Under the pieces are notes generated by a model. That model did not search any database. It worked only from the letters and a program-made list of their open reading frames with translations, and was not told where the DNA came from. Both the position numbers and the translations under genes were made by a program. Positions 45,741 through 55,065 of a DNA stretch of 64,000 nucleotides are shown here, one piece after another. Location of the stretch: NCBI GenBank assembly GCA_963838315.1, contig CAWIQW010000021.1:72561-136560 (forward strand). The letters are read 5' to 3'. Position 1 is the first letter of the stretch; each line of letters opens with the position of its first letter. The stretch is from an uncultured Acidobacteriaceae bacterium. Its GTDB lineage: Bacteria; Acidobacteriota; Terriglobia; Terriglobales; Acidobacteriaceae.

Positions 45741-46592
45741 ATGCTGAAATCTCTTACCGCAGCGGTCCTATTGGCCGCCGGGACCATGTTGGTGGCCAAT
45801 AGCAGCGCCCAGCAGACTCCGGCAGCGACGACTCCCACAACCACTTCGAAATCCACGGCCAAGAAGCCGGCAAGCGCAACGAAGAGCGCCGCAGCGCCTG
45901 CCGCATTCAAAAGCCGGAAAGAAAAGTTCAGTTACGCGCTTGGAATGAACATCGGCGGCGGGCTGGGTGCGAACCTCAAGAAGCAGTCCGTCGAAGTTGA
46001 TCCCAACCTCGTCGCCGAGGGCCTCAAGGATTCCATGGCCGGAGGCAAGATGCGGTTGACGGAAGACGAAGCAAAAACCGTGTTGACCGAAGTCCAGAAC
46101 GAAGTTCGCCAGCAGCAGCAGGAAAAGGCCAAAGAGGCGGCGGACAAGAACAAGACCGAGGGCGAGAAATTTCTGGCCGAAAACAAGGGCAAGGAAGGTG
46201 TCGTGACGTTGCCCAGCGGCCTCCAGTACAAGATCGAAAAAGAAGGTACCGGACCGAAGCCGACCGCGTCCGACACGGTAGTCTGCAACTATCGTGGCAC
46301 GCTGCTCGATGGCACGGAATTTGATAGCTCCTACAAGCGCGGACAGCCCGCCACCTTCCCCGTCAGTGGCGTCATCAAAGGCTGGACCGAAGCGCTCCAG
46401 TTGATGCCAGTCGGGTCGAAGTGGCAGCTCTTCATCCCTTCCAGTCTCGCTTATGGCGACAAAGGGGCGGGCGGCGAAATCGGCCCGGGCGCGACCCTGA
46501 TCTTCGAAGTCGAACTGATTTCGATTCAGGATAAGCCAAAGTCCGAGGACAAGAAGGAAGAGAAGGAAGAAAAGCAGGAAGAGAAGAAATAG
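45741..46592 (+). CDS. FKBP-type peptidyl-prolyl cis-trans isomerase (FkpA/Mip-like), secreted
   Basis: Signal peptide MLKSLTAAVLLAAGTMLVANSSAQ, a helical dimerisation region, and the FKBP core YRGTLLDGTEFDSSYKRGQPATFPVSGVIKGWTEALQLMPVGSKW...IPSSLAYG. Confidence 0.9.
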   Translation: MLKSLTAAVLLAAGTMLVANSSAQQTPAATTPTTTSKSTAKKPASATKSAAAPAAFKSRKEKFSYALGMNIGGGLGANLKKQSVEVDPNLVAEGLKDSMAGGKMRLTEDEAKTVLTEVQNEVRQQQQEKAKEAADKNKTEGEKFLAENKGKEGVVTLPSGLQYKIEKEGTGPKPTASDTVVCNYRGTLLDGTEFDSSYKRGQPATFPVSGVIKGWTEALQLMPVGSKWQLFIPSSLAYGDKGAGGEIGPGATLIFEVELISIQDKPKSEDKKEEKEEKQEEKK

Positions 46593-46609
46593 CGATCCTG
46601 CAAGTCAAT

Positions 46610-46642
46610 GAGCCGCGAGCGATCGACTTTCGCTCGCGGCTC
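46610..46642. terminator. hairpin between convergent genes (possible bidirectional terminator)
   Basis: Perfect 12-bp stem GAGCCGCGAGCG/CGCTCGCGGCTC with a 9-nt loop. The flanking U-tracts are weak. Confidence 0.55.
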
Positions 46643-46683
46643 GTAATTCACCCCTCAGACTCGCACGCACACCCCGCAAATTG

Positions 46684-47415
46684 CTATGCGCTCTGGTGGC
46701 TTGCCTCCATCTGCAGCGCCCCGGGAAAAAGCACATTGTTTTCCAGATGAATGTGCTGGTGCAAATCCTTCTCGAAGTTGCTCAGGGCCGTGTAAAGCGC
46801 GCGGAAGCTCGTGCATGCGTCGGTGGGCGGAGTATAGTCTCCGCTCGCCTTGCGCAGGGTTCGGAGAGCGGCGCCTGCATCGTCGTGCTCGTGTTCCATC
46901 ATGCGCACCGGATTGGCCACCGTGCCAAAGAGCGGGGGAAGAACAGGCTCATGCTGCAGCACGGATTCCTCCATGCGCTCGATGTATGGGAACAGGATGT
47001 TCTCCTCTTTCATCAGGTGCAGCATCAGTTCCTGGCCCAGCCCATGAAAAGCACTGTGAATGGTCCCCAGTTCGGGATGGTTCTCGCCATGTTTGGAGTG
47101 AACTTTGTCCAGCAGGCGTTCGATCTCGGGGATCTGCGTGCGCACGTATGCGTGGTGGGTCTTGACGATGTGGGAAATCAGCTCCGCCAGCGATCCTGAT
47201 TTCAGCTCGCGCTCGCTGGGACGGCATGGTTCAGCCAGGGCGGATTCCAGCGACCGCAGCACCTGTTCCACATCCAGGTTAGCGGCAGCGCAGGCCTCTT
47301 CCAACGGACGGTTGCCGCCACAACAATAGTCGATGCCCAACTTTTCAAACACAGGAATGGTCTGGGGCGTTTCGATCGCGTAATCTCGCACCGTCTTGGT
47401 GATCGTCAAAGTCAT
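46684..47415 (-). CDS. ric: iron-sulfur cluster repair di-iron protein (RIC; ScdA/YtfE/DnrN family)
   Basis: N-terminal ScdA_N motif (FEKLGIDYCCGGNRPLEEAC), then hemerythrin-like His/Glu motifs (HHAYV.., LMLHLMKEENILFP, MEHEHDD, HIHLENNVLFP). GAGGAG RBS. Confidence 0.88.
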   Translation of the reverse strand: MTLTITKTVRDYAIETPQTIPVFEKLGIDYCCGGNRPLEEACAAANLDVEQVLRSLESALAEPCRPSERELKSGSLAELISHIVKTHHAYVRTQIPEIERLLDKVHSKHGENHPELGTIHSAFHGLGQELMLHLMKEENILFPYIERMEESVLQHEPVLPPLFGTVANPVRMMEHEHDDAGAALRTLRKASGDYTPPTDACTSFRALYTALSNFEKDLHQHIHLENNVLFPGALQMEASHQSA

Positions 47416-47484
47416 TTCGCTTCTCCTCGCAGCTCAAGGGCTGCCTCTGCCAACGACTCTAGGGGATAGCAAATCGTCCGACGA

Positions 47485-47496
47485 TGACTTTTGTCA
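47485..47496. promoter_or_regulatory. candidate Crp/Fnr-family binding site TGAC-N4-GTCA upstream of ric
   Basis: Perfect palindrome TGACTTTTGTCA. On the minus strand its centre is 29.5 nt upstream of the first base of a TAGAGT -10-like hexamer (47456..47461), which is class II (-41.5) geometry. Confidence 0.4.
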
Positions 47497-47552
47497 CGGG
47501 AGCGAAAGTTTCGGGTCTCGGATCTCGAGCCGCGAGCTGCAAACCGCCAGAT

Positions 47553-47600
47553 CGTAGCGCCGGCGCCCCGCCGGCAGTCCCGAGGGCACCCCGCCCTCGG
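47553..47600 (+). repeat. REP-like double-hairpin element, copy B
   Basis: CGTAGC-GCCGGCG-ccc-CGCCGGC-agtc-CCGAGGGC-acccc-GCCCTCGG. Same first hairpin as copy A. The second hairpin keeps its pairing with different inner bases. Confidence 0.5.
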
Positions 47601-47692
47601 ATCGAGTACGCGGGGTCAAGGTCCAAATCGAAAAAAGAGTAGCGGCTCGGGGCAAATATGAAAGCTCAAGGCTCGAGGCTCAAAGCTCGTGG

Positions 47693-48412
47693 CTATTCTC
47701 CCCCATCCAACTCTGCCTCCAGAGCCTTCACATCTGTAATCACCACGCGCCGGCCGTCCATCTGAATAAACTTCTCGGATTGAAAGCGGCTCAGGTTGCG
47801 GGACACCAGCTCGCGCACCGTCCCGATCTGCGCCGCCAGTTCCTGATTGCTGGCGGGAAGCGTAATCTCGACTCCCCCATCGACCGGCTTGCCTTCGTGC
47901 CTCGCCTGCCTCATCAGAAACGCCGCCAGCCGGTTTCGGACCGTGGTGAAGGAAAGTTCTTCGATAATGCCAACCAGCTTACGCAGCCGCGCTCCGACTA
48001 CGCGCAGGATCTTCAGCGCCACTTCTGGGTGCGCGATGCAAAGGGCATGAAAATCCTGCTTGCCGATGAACAAGAGCGTCGCATCCTCGACGGCGGAAGC
48101 GGACGCCGGATAGTTCCCGCCATCGAACACCGGCAATTCCGCGACGGATCCGCCCGGCCCATCGATGCTTAACACCTGCTCGCGACCGCCCGCCGAAGTC
48201 TTGAAAATTCGAATATGGCCGGACTCGACTACGTACATGCCGGCGCAAGGTTCGCCTTCGCTGAATATGATCTCGCCGGCCGTAAACTTGCGCGGCACGG
48301 CTCGCTGGGCAAGAAAAGCGAACTCGGCATCGGAAAGACCCGCAAACAGACTCACATGAGTCAGTGTTCTTGCGACATTCGGTCTGGCATCGGCCGTCCG
48401 CTGCAACGTCAT
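47693..48412 (-). CDS. Crp/Fnr-family transcriptional regulator
   Basis: cNMP-binding-like beta-roll ([28 protein letters not shown]) and a C-terminal HTH ([23 protein letters not shown]). There is no N-terminal Cys cluster, so it is not a classic FNR. Confidence 0.88.
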   Translation of the reverse strand: MTLQRTADARPNVARTLTHVSLFAGLSDAEFAFLAQRAVPRKFTAGEIIFSEGEPCAGMYVVESGHIRIFKTSAGGREQVLSIDGPGGSVAELPVFDGGNYPASASAVEDATLLFIGKQDFHALCIAHPEVALKILRVVGARLRKLVGIIEELSFTTVRNRLAAFLMRQARHEGKPVDGGVEITLPASNQELAAQIGTVRELVSRNLSRFQSEKFIQMDGRRVVITDVKALEAELDGGE

Positions 48413-48418
48413 TCGGAC

Positions 48419-48424
48419 ATTCTA
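48419..48424 (-). promoter_or_regulatory. -10-like hexamer TAGAAT 6 nt upstream of the crp-family ATG (leaderless-type)
   Basis: The minus strand reads TAGAAT-gtccga-ATG. There is no SD. Confidence 0.35.
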
Positions 48425-48457
48425 CCCAACGCCGAGATGCCGATTCCAAAATTTGGC

Positions 48458-48463
48458 TATAAT
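48458..48463 (+). promoter_or_regulatory. consensus -10 hexamer TATAAT 7 nt upstream of the sodC ATG (leaderless-type)
   Basis: TATAAT-cccgtcc-ATG (ATG at 48471). There is no SD. Confidence 0.35.
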
Positions 48464-48470
48464 CCCGTCC

Positions 48471-48989
48471 ATGAAAAACAACTTTTTGTTTGCTCTTGCT
48501 GTGTCGTCGCTCCTGGCTGCCCTCGCCTCGGCGAGCGTGGCCAAGACTGTGGTTCACCTCCAGGACGCTCAGGGGAAGAGCGTAGGCACGGTCACGTTAT
48601 CGGAAGAGAAGTCGGGCGGCGTGGCGATGGACCTGAAGCTGGAAAATCTCCCGCCCGGCGAACACGCCATTCACTTTCATCAGAACGCCAAGTGCGACGC
48701 TCCCGACTTCAAGTCGGCCGGCCCCCATTTCAATCCTGACGGCAAGAAGCACGGCCTGGAAAATCCCGAAGGTCACCATGCGGGCGACCACGCCAACTTC
48801 ACAGTCGGCGCCAACGGCAAGGCCAAGCTTAAGACCGAAAGCAAGGACGTCAACCTGGGCAGCGACAGCCATTCGCTCTTCAGCAACGGCGGCACGGCGA
48901 TCGTAATTCACGCGAAAGCGGACGATCAGAAGACCGATCCATCGGGGAATTCAGGCGACCGCATCGCCTGTGGCGTAATCACGAAATAG
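48471..48989 (+). CDS. sodC: Cu/Zn superoxide dismutase, periplasmic
   Basis: Signal peptide [21 protein letters not shown]. Metal ligand motifs [26 protein letters not shown], and [10 protein letters not shown]...[12 protein letters not shown]. Confidence 0.92.
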   Translation: MKNNFLFALAVSSLLAALASASVAKTVVHLQDAQGKSVGTVTLSEEKSGGVAMDLKLENLPPGEHAIHFHQNAKCDAPDFKSAGPHFNPDGKKHGLENPEGHHAGDHANFTVGANGKAKLKTESKDVNLGSDSHSLFSNGGTAIVIHAKADDQKTDPSGNSGDRIACGVITK

Positions 48990-49011
48990 TCGCCGCAACC
49001 GCCAGCCCCCG

Positions 49012-49941
49012 ATGCCGATGCCACGCTTTTTCGACGAAGACGAAGTGCGTGCGCGTCTGCGCATGCCTGATCTGATCGACGCCATGGAGCGTGCGCTGGT
49101 CGAGTTCTCCGCTGGACGCGTGCAACAACCGGTACGCACCGTCCTCGGCTTCGGCACCGAGGACGCCCTCTTCGGATTGATGCCGTCCTACGTAGCATCG
49201 CTCCCCGCATTGGGCGCCAAGCTGGTCACGGTCTGCGGTGGGAATACAGCACGCGGCCTCGATACGCACCAGGCCGTCATCGTCATGCTCAATCCCGTGA
49301 CGGGCGTGGCCGAGGCCGTTCTCGACGGGCGCTACATTACGGAAGCCCGCACCGCCGCGGTGTCAGCCGTTTCCGCGCGTCATCTGGCTCGTGCGGATGC
49401 TCGGGTGCTGGGGATAATCGGCTCGGGTGTGCAGGCGCGCAGCCATCTGGAGGCGCTAAGGCACGTGCGTGAATTTAGCGAAGTGCGCGCGTGGAGTCCG
49501 ACTCGGGAGCGGCTTCGCGCTTTTGCAGCCGAAACCGGAGTTCGAGCCATGGACACAGCTGAGGCCGTCGTGCGCGCAGCCGATGTCGTGGTCACGGCGA
49601 CCGCGTCACCGGTTCCCGTGATTCAAAGCGAGTGGGTAGCTGACGGCACGCACGTAATCGCCGTAGGTTCCTGCCGGCCCACGCAGCGCGAACTCGACCC
49701 GATCCTGGTTCAGCGCTCCCGGCTGATCGTCGACTCCCGCGCAGCGGCGTTAAAAGAAGCGGGCGATGTAGTCATGGGAATATCCGAGGGCCGCTGGACG
49801 GCTGAGCACATCGCCGCCGAACTTGGAGAACTTCCAACTCGCCAGAACGACCGCGAGATCACGGTGTTCAAATCGCTCGGACTGGCGGTCGAGGATCTTT
49901 TCGCCGCGCACCTCGTGTTGTCGGCAGAAACCCCCTCGTAA
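49012..49941 (+). CDS. ornithine cyclodeaminase / mu-crystallin family protein
   Basis: OCD_Mu_crystall-like sequence (..ITEARTAAVSAV.., LGIIGSGVQARSHLEAL, VVTATAS, ITVFKSLGLAVEDL). Confidence 0.85.
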   Translation: MPMPRFFDEDEVRARLRMPDLIDAMERALVEFSAGRVQQPVRTVLGFGTEDALFGLMPSYVASLPALGAKLVTVCGGNTARGLDTHQAVIVMLNPVTGVAEAVLDGRYITEARTAAVSAVSARHLARADARVLGIIGSGVQARSHLEALRHVREFSEVRAWSPTRERLRAFAAETGVRAMDTAEAVVRAADVVVTATASPVPVIQSEWVADGTHVIAVGSCRPTQRELDPILVQRSRLIVDSRAAALKEAGDVVMGISEGRWTAEHIAAELGELPTRQNDREITVFKSLGLAVEDLFAAHLVLSAETPS

Positions 49942-50010
49942 CAACTCGGCCAGCGCAGCGGAGACGAGGCAAGCCCCGTCTCGACCCAGCTCCATCGGCC
50001 GCTCCCCGCG

Positions 50011-53000
50011 CTACTTCCCTTCCGGTACGTAGATTGCAGGCACATTCAACTTATTCACAGTCTCATTCAGCGCCACCAGATCCTTGGCCATCAGTTCGCG
50101 CGACTGCGCAAGCAAAGGTTGCGCCTGCTTTTGCAGTTCGTCGTAAACCTCAAGTTGCTGTTGCGTGGGCGCGGCATCCGCCGAATCCACGCTGAAGAGC
50201 AGCGAGTGCAAGCGCTCGTCGATGTGCACGGGATAGTTCAGATTCGCCTCCGAACTCTTCGCGTTGACTTGCAATAGCTGCGACTCCAGATCGAGGCTCT
50301 TTTTGTCGACCTCCCGGGCCGCCGAAATAAATGAAGCGTAACGTGAGTCGTCGCCGAAGCGTTTCGTGAGCGTGTGGATTTGCGAACGCACATCGCGGAT
50401 CCTCCCGATCGCCTCATGAATCTCCGAAACCTGCATCACGATCTTGCCTGCCAATTCCGCCTGCTTCTGCAAATCCTCGTTCGACACCTTCACGCGCGCA
50501 TCGACTTTGAGTTCCAGCGGCGCAGTGTACGACTTGCCGTCCACAGTAAGCCGTACCTGGTACGCACCGGGAAGCACCATGAAGCCGCGGTTGCGGAACT
50601 CGGCTCCTGGTTCGCCCGCCATCGGAACTGGCCCTTGCGAGCGCAGATCCCATGCAAAACGGTTCAGGCCCGCGCTCGCCGGAATCTTCGTCTCCGGCGG
50701 AGTCTGGTCGGGCCATTCGGGCGGCGAGTCGGCTTCTTTCTTTTCTTCGTTCGAGAAGTGGCGCACCAATTTGCCCTGGGCGTCGAGAATATCCAGATCG
50801 ACGACTCCTTTGGGCGCGGACGGGAGATAGTAGTACACAATCGCGCCACTAGGCGGATTCTGTCCCACCGGTTGGCGGCGCTCGTAGAAATCGGGCCAGC
50901 GCATGCGATAGGTCACTCGCGGCTTGTAGAGCACTGCTTCGCTGGACGCTTGCGCCGTCGCGGCGCGTAGCGGAGTAATGTCATCGAGAATCCAGAAAGC
51001 CCGGCCATGGGTCGCGACCACCAGATCGTCATTCTTCACAATCAGGTCATGGATGGGAGCGTTCGGCAAGTTCAGCTGCAGCGATTGCCAGTTCGCGCCG
51101 CCATCGAATGAAACGTAGAGACCGGTTTCCGTGCCTGCGTACAACAGGTTCTTGCGCACGGGATCTTCGCGCACCGCGTGCGTGTACGAGCCATCGGGAA
51201 TCCCGTTCGTGATCTTCGTCCACGACTTGCCGAAATCGGTCGTCTTATAAATGTACGGCCGGAAGTCGTCGAGTTTGTGCGTATCAACCGCCGCATAAGC
51301 CGTGCCTGCATCGTGCGGAGAAGCCTCAATAATGCTGACCAGGCTCCAATCCGGAATGCCCTTCGGCGTCACGTTGGCCCAGTTCTTTCCACCGTCCCGC
51401 GTGATGTGAATCAGCCCATCGTCGGTCCCCGCCCAGAGCAAGCCCTTCTGGACAGGCGACTCCGCAATGGCAAACACCGTGTCGTAGTATTCGACCGAGG
51501 TATTGTCCTTGGTGAGCGGTCCGCCGGACGAAACCTGCTTGCTCTTATCATTGCGCGTCAGGTCGGGACTGATCGCCTGCCACGTCTTGCCCTGGTCTGT
51601 CGTCTTGAAGACACGCTCCGCGGTGGTGTAAATCACGTGCGGATCGTTGGGCGAGATGAGGATCGGCTGCGTCCACCCCAGACGGTACCTCATGTCTCCG
51701 ACGCCGTGGCCAGCAGCATCCATCGGCCACACCGTGACGTCCTGTTCCTGGTTGCTGTGGCGATCAAGGCGCGTTACGGCGCCCCCTCCCGATCCCGCAT
51801 AAATAATGTCCGCGTCCTCCGGATCGGGCTGAATATAGCCGCTTTCGCCGCCACCCGCGTCAAACCAGTGCTGGCGGCCGATATATCCATCGTCGGCGCG
51901 GCTCGCGATCCCGATCGTTGAATTGTCCTGTTGCGCGCCGTACACGTCATAGAGGAACCGGTTGTCGGCGGCTACGTGGTAGAACTGCGCCGTGGGCTGG
52001 TTGTATTGCGTGGACCAGCTCTTCCCGCCATCCACCGAAATCGTCGCGCCCCCATCGTTTCCATTGATCATGCGATTCGGATTCTGCGGATCGATCCAGA
52101 ATCCGTGATGATCGCCATGCGGAGCCGGCAGAAGACTCAGGCTTTTCCCGCCGTCGCTGGAGCGAAAAGCCCCCGTATTCAGGATGTAGACGGTATCGAT
52201 GCTCTTCGGGTCAGCAAATATGTGCGTAAAATACCAGGCGCGCTGCGTCATGCGCTGATCGTCGTTGACGCGCGACCAGTTCCCACCCCCATCATCGGAG
52301 CGGTAAAGGCCGCTCTCCTTAGACTCGATGAGCGCATACACGCGGTTGGAATCGCCGCCCGAAACGCTTACTCCGATGCGCCCCAGAATGCCTTCCGGCA
52401 GGCCGTTGCCTTCGAGATGCTTCCACGTATTGCCGCCGTCGGTTGAGCGATACAGTCCGCTGCCCGGCCCGCCGCTTTCCAGACTCCAGGGCGTGCGCTG
52501 AATCTGATAAAGCGCGGCAAACATCACGTTCGGATTGTGCGGATCGACGCTCAGGTCGATCGCTCCGGTCTTATCGTCTTTGTAGAGGATCTTGTCCCAC
52601 GTCTTGCCGCCATCGGTTGTCCGATAAACACCGCGCTCCGGATTAGGACCATAAGCGTGGCCGAGAGCTGCGACCAGCACGTGATCCGGATTGCGCGGAT
52701 CGATCCACACGCGCGCGATGTGCTGCGTGTCTTTCAGTCCGATGTGTTGCCAGGTCTTGCCGCCATCGGTGGTTTTATAAACTCCATCGCCATAGGAAAT
52801 ATTTCCGCGGAGGCACGACTCGCCGGTGCCCACGTAGATCACGTTCGGATTCGATTCCGACACCGCGATCGCGCCGATCGATGAAATGACGCTGCCATCG
52901 GAAATCGGCTGCCAGTCCACTCCCCCATCGGTCGTGCGCCACACTCCGCCCGAGACGGCGCCAAAATAGTAGGTATAGGGATTGCCGGGAACGCCGGTAA

Positions 53001-53145
53001 CGGCCAGCACGCGGCCGCCGCGATAGGGCCCGATGCTGCGCCACTGCATCCCCTTGAACTGGGATTCGCTATATGGCTGCGCCACCGCGCAGATCGCGAA
53101 GAACACCACCAGAACACACCCCACCCACAAACGCACTGCTTTCAT
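50011..53145 (-). CDS. large secreted BNR/Asp-box (sortilin/VPS10-like) repeat protein
   Basis: Signal peptide MKAVRLWVGCVLVVFFAICAVAQ. At least 10 Asp-box motifs (TTDGGKTW, STDGGNTW, SVDGGKSW, TRDGGKNW, and others). ATG 53145 is preferred. Confidence 0.8.
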   Translation of the reverse strand: MKAVRLWVGCVLVVFFAICAVAQPYSESQFKGMQWRSIGPYRGGRVLAVTGVPGNPYTYYFGAVSGGVWRTTDGGVDWQPISDGSVISSIGAIAVSESNPNVIYVGTGESCLRGNISYGDGVYKTTDGGKTWQHIGLKDTQHIARVWIDPRNPDHVLVAALGHAYGPNPERGVYRTTDGGKTWDKILYKDDKTGAIDLSVDPHNPNVMFAALYQIQRTPWSLESGGPGSGLYRSTDGGNTWKHLEGNGLPEGILGRIGVSVSGGDSNRVYALIESKESGLYRSDDGGGNWSRVNDDQRMTQRAWYFTHIFADPKSIDTVYILNTGAFRSSDGGKSLSLLPAPHGDHHGFWIDPQNPNRMINGNDGGATISVDGGKSWSTQYNQPTAQFYHVAADNRFLYDVYGAQQDNSTIGIASRADDGYIGRQHWFDAGGGESGYIQPDPEDADIIYAGSGGGAVTRLDRHSNQEQDVTVWPMDAAGHGVGDMRYRLGWTQPILISPNDPHVIYTTAERVFKTTDQGKTWQAISPDLTRNDKSKQVSSGGPLTKDNTSVEYYDTVFAIAESPVQKGLLWAGTDDGLIHITRDGGKNWANVTPKGIPDWSLVSIIEASPHDAGTAYAAVDTHKLDDFRPYIYKTTDFGKSWTKITNGIPDGSYTHAVREDPVRKNLLYAGTETGLYVSFDGGANWQSLQLNLPNAPIHDLIVKNDDLVVATHGRAFWILDDITPLRAATAQASSEAVLYKPRVTYRMRWPDFYERRQPVGQNPPSGAIVYYYLPSAPKGVVDLDILDAQGKLVRHFSNEEKKEADSPPEWPDQTPPETKIPASAGLNRFAWDLRSQGPVPMAGEPGAEFRNRGFMVLPGAYQVRLTVDGKSYTAPLELKVDARVKVSNEDLQKQAELAGKIVMQVSEIHEAIGRIRDVRSQIHTLTKRFGDDSRYASFISAAREVDKKSLDLESQLLQVNAKSSEANLNYPVHIDERLHSLLFSVDSADAAPTQQQLEVYDELQKQAQPLLAQSRELMAKDLVALNETVNKLNVPAIYVPEGK

Positions 53146-53237
53146 GAACGCCCCCTGTAATGAAGACAACCATAGTAAACCCAGCAACCCCATGCACGCG
53201 ATGCCGCGTGCGCCAGGCCGCTAATCGGCATCGCCAT

Positions 53238-54080
53238 TTACATGTCGGAAAAAAGAAACTCCAGGGCCTCGGGAAAGCGCGCAGCCCAGGCCGCCTCGGA
53301 GTGAGACGCGCCCTCCTCAATTCGTACTTTCAACCAGCTTTCGCCCAACTGGGCCTGCTGCAGAATGCTGGCCAGTTGGCGCGCGTCATTGGTGATTTTC
53401 TCGTCCTTCACCGGATCGCCAATTTCATGCGTTCCCATGCCGAGATACAAGCGCAGTGGCCATTCCTCAAACTTGCGGGATTCGGCGAGAATTCTTCGAT
53501 TCGCCACGAATAAAGACGGGCTTTCGATCAGCAGCCGTCCAAAAGTGTTGGGCATCGACAGTTGCGTATATAAAGTGATCAGCCCTCCCAGCGAAGAGCC
53601 GCCCAGCCCGGTATTCCGGGCACCCGTCAGCACCGGGTACTGCCCTTCCACCAGGGGCATTACCTCGCGCTTCAGGAACTTCGGATAGTGCTTGCCTTCC
53701 ACGACCGGCACTTTGGGATCGCGAGACTTGTAGGGTAGATATTCGCGCACCCGGTTCTTTCCCGTATTGTCGATACCGACGATGATGAGCGGCGGGATCT
53801 TTTTCTCGGCGATCAGGCGACTGGCCGTCTCGCCCACTTGCCAGTGAACTCCGGCAAAGGCGGTCGCCGCTTCGAACAGATTCTGCCCATCATTTAAATA
53901 CAGCACCGGATAGCGCGTCCCGCCGACCTGGTCATAGCCCGGCGGCAGCCATACTCGCAGCAGGCGGGTATTCCTGAAAATCCGGCTGCTCAGTTCGTGG
54001 ATCCGCAACGTGCCGCCGGCAATGGGCACGACCGCTTCGGGAGAACGCCTGGTCTTCTTCAGAGGTATCAGTCGGGCCAT
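53238..54080 (-). CDS. esterase-family alpha/beta hydrolase (enterochelin-esterase-like fold)
   Basis: RYPVLYLNDGQNLF and the nucleophile region LGGSSLGGLITLY. Confidence 0.75.
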   Translation of the reverse strand: MARLIPLKKTRRSPEAVVPIAGGTLRIHELSSRIFRNTRLLRVWLPPGYDQVGGTRYPVLYLNDGQNLFEAATAFAGVHWQVGETASRLIAEKKIPPLIIVGIDNTGKNRVREYLPYKSRDPKVPVVEGKHYPKFLKREVMPLVEGQYPVLTGARNTGLGGSSLGGLITLYTQLSMPNTFGRLLIESPSLFVANRRILAESRKFEEWPLRLYLGMGTHEIGDPVKDEKITNDARQLASILQQAQLGESWLKVRIEEGASHSEAAWAARFPEALEFLFSDM

Positions 54081-54116
54081 GAAGAGGGAGATTATCGCAG
54101 CATGATTGAAAGATTG

Positions 54117-54590
54117 TCAGCTTGGATCAGGAATTGCGTCTCGGTTCCACCAGATCAGCCCTGCCAGCATCGTGATGATCGAGATCAAAGCCAGCGAACC
54201 AAGACACAGAATGCACCACACTCCCAGTACGTGCCCTTCGATATAGGTCAGGTAGAGAGCAAAAGCTGAACCCAGTGCGGCCGCGCCGAACAGCATCGCC
54301 GGAGTGTCGCGGCGTTCCCGATAGACGGTCGCCAATCCCGCCAGGGCGCCATAGCCGAGCATTCCAATCAGGGCCACCGGGACGCCGAGAATGGCTGAAT
54401 ACTGGCTGCGGTTAACGATGTCACAACTGAACGTCGCACCGATATCGCAGTATGCCGTCTTCGAGGGCGCGTAATGACGCTGCAACGAGATCGACGACAC
54501 CGCGATTCCGCAGACCGCCAGAATCGCCACCATGCTCATCAATCTCTGGGAAAATCCTCTCCCCGGGTTAACGTTCATGGCAGTGAACAT
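54117..54590 (-). CDS. vitamin K epoxide reductase (VKOR) family protein
   Basis: Four TM helices, loop cysteines YCDIGATFSCDIV, active-site CxxC in a TM helix (VWCILC), and SAILGVPVALIG. Confidence 0.8.
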   Translation of the reverse strand: MFTAMNVNPGRGFSQRLMSMVAILAVCGIAVSSISLQRHYAPSKTAYCDIGATFSCDIVNRSQYSAILGVPVALIGMLGYGALAGLATVYRERRDTPAMLFGAAALGSAFALYLTYIEGHVLGVWCILCLGSLALISIITMLAGLIWWNRDAIPDPS

Positions 54591-55006
54591 CCTGTGCGGT
54601 CACTCAACTCCTCGAGGGTAAAAATGCGTTCCACCCTTTCACCCGTAGGCGGAAACTCCCAGGTGGGGTAGTGGTGCACATTCCGCTCTTTGCAAACTTC
54701 CGAAGTCGCGTGAATATCGCCCTTCACGCCGCACTCCACGTAGGGCACATACTCGAACGAGGCGGCGAATTTTTCTTTTTGCTCCTCGCAATGAGGACAC
54801 CAGTAGGCTCCGTACATCTTCACTCCACGATCGCCCAGGCAGTGCGCGAAGCCGTCGTACCGGTGCTGAGTGCGGTTGCCCAGATAGTAGGCCAGCGCGA
54901 ATGCGGCCACAATACCCATCCCATAGATCACGCGCCGATTCCGCTTGCCGGGCGCTGGTGCCGCCTCCGTGCTTCCATTCCGGCGCTCCTCCTTCTGTCG
55001 CGACAT
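54575..55006 (-). CDS. membrane-anchored thioredoxin-like protein (VKOR partner)
   Basis: TM anchor VIYGMGIVAAFALAYYL, then KMYGAYWCPHCEEQKEKF, a Trx-like CxxC as in the Trx domain of VKOR fusions. It overlaps the VKOR start by 16 nt. Confidence 0.7.
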   Translation of the reverse strand: MSRQKEERRNGSTEAAPAPGKRNRRVIYGMGIVAAFALAYYLGNRTQHRYDGFAHCLGDRGVKMYGAYWCPHCEEQKEKFAASFEYVPYVECGVKGDIHATSEVCKERNVHHYPTWEFPPTGERVERIFTLEELSDRTGCSLP

Positions 55007-55065
55007 GGAGTTTTTATATCACGAGTTGAGACGGGACCATCTGTGTATTGCGGACTAACAGAGCT

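Noticed and set aside
49961-49982. Hairpin GAGACG..CGTCTC between the convergent OCD and BNR genes as a terminator
   Set aside because: It has a short interrupted stem and no U-tract on either side. It is too weak to call.
54575-54590. VKOR/Trx overlap as a frameshift-split fusion gene
   Set aside because: The Trx-like ORF is upstream and has its own TM anchor. Known fusions are VKOR-then-Trx, so a single indel cannot recreate a fusion.
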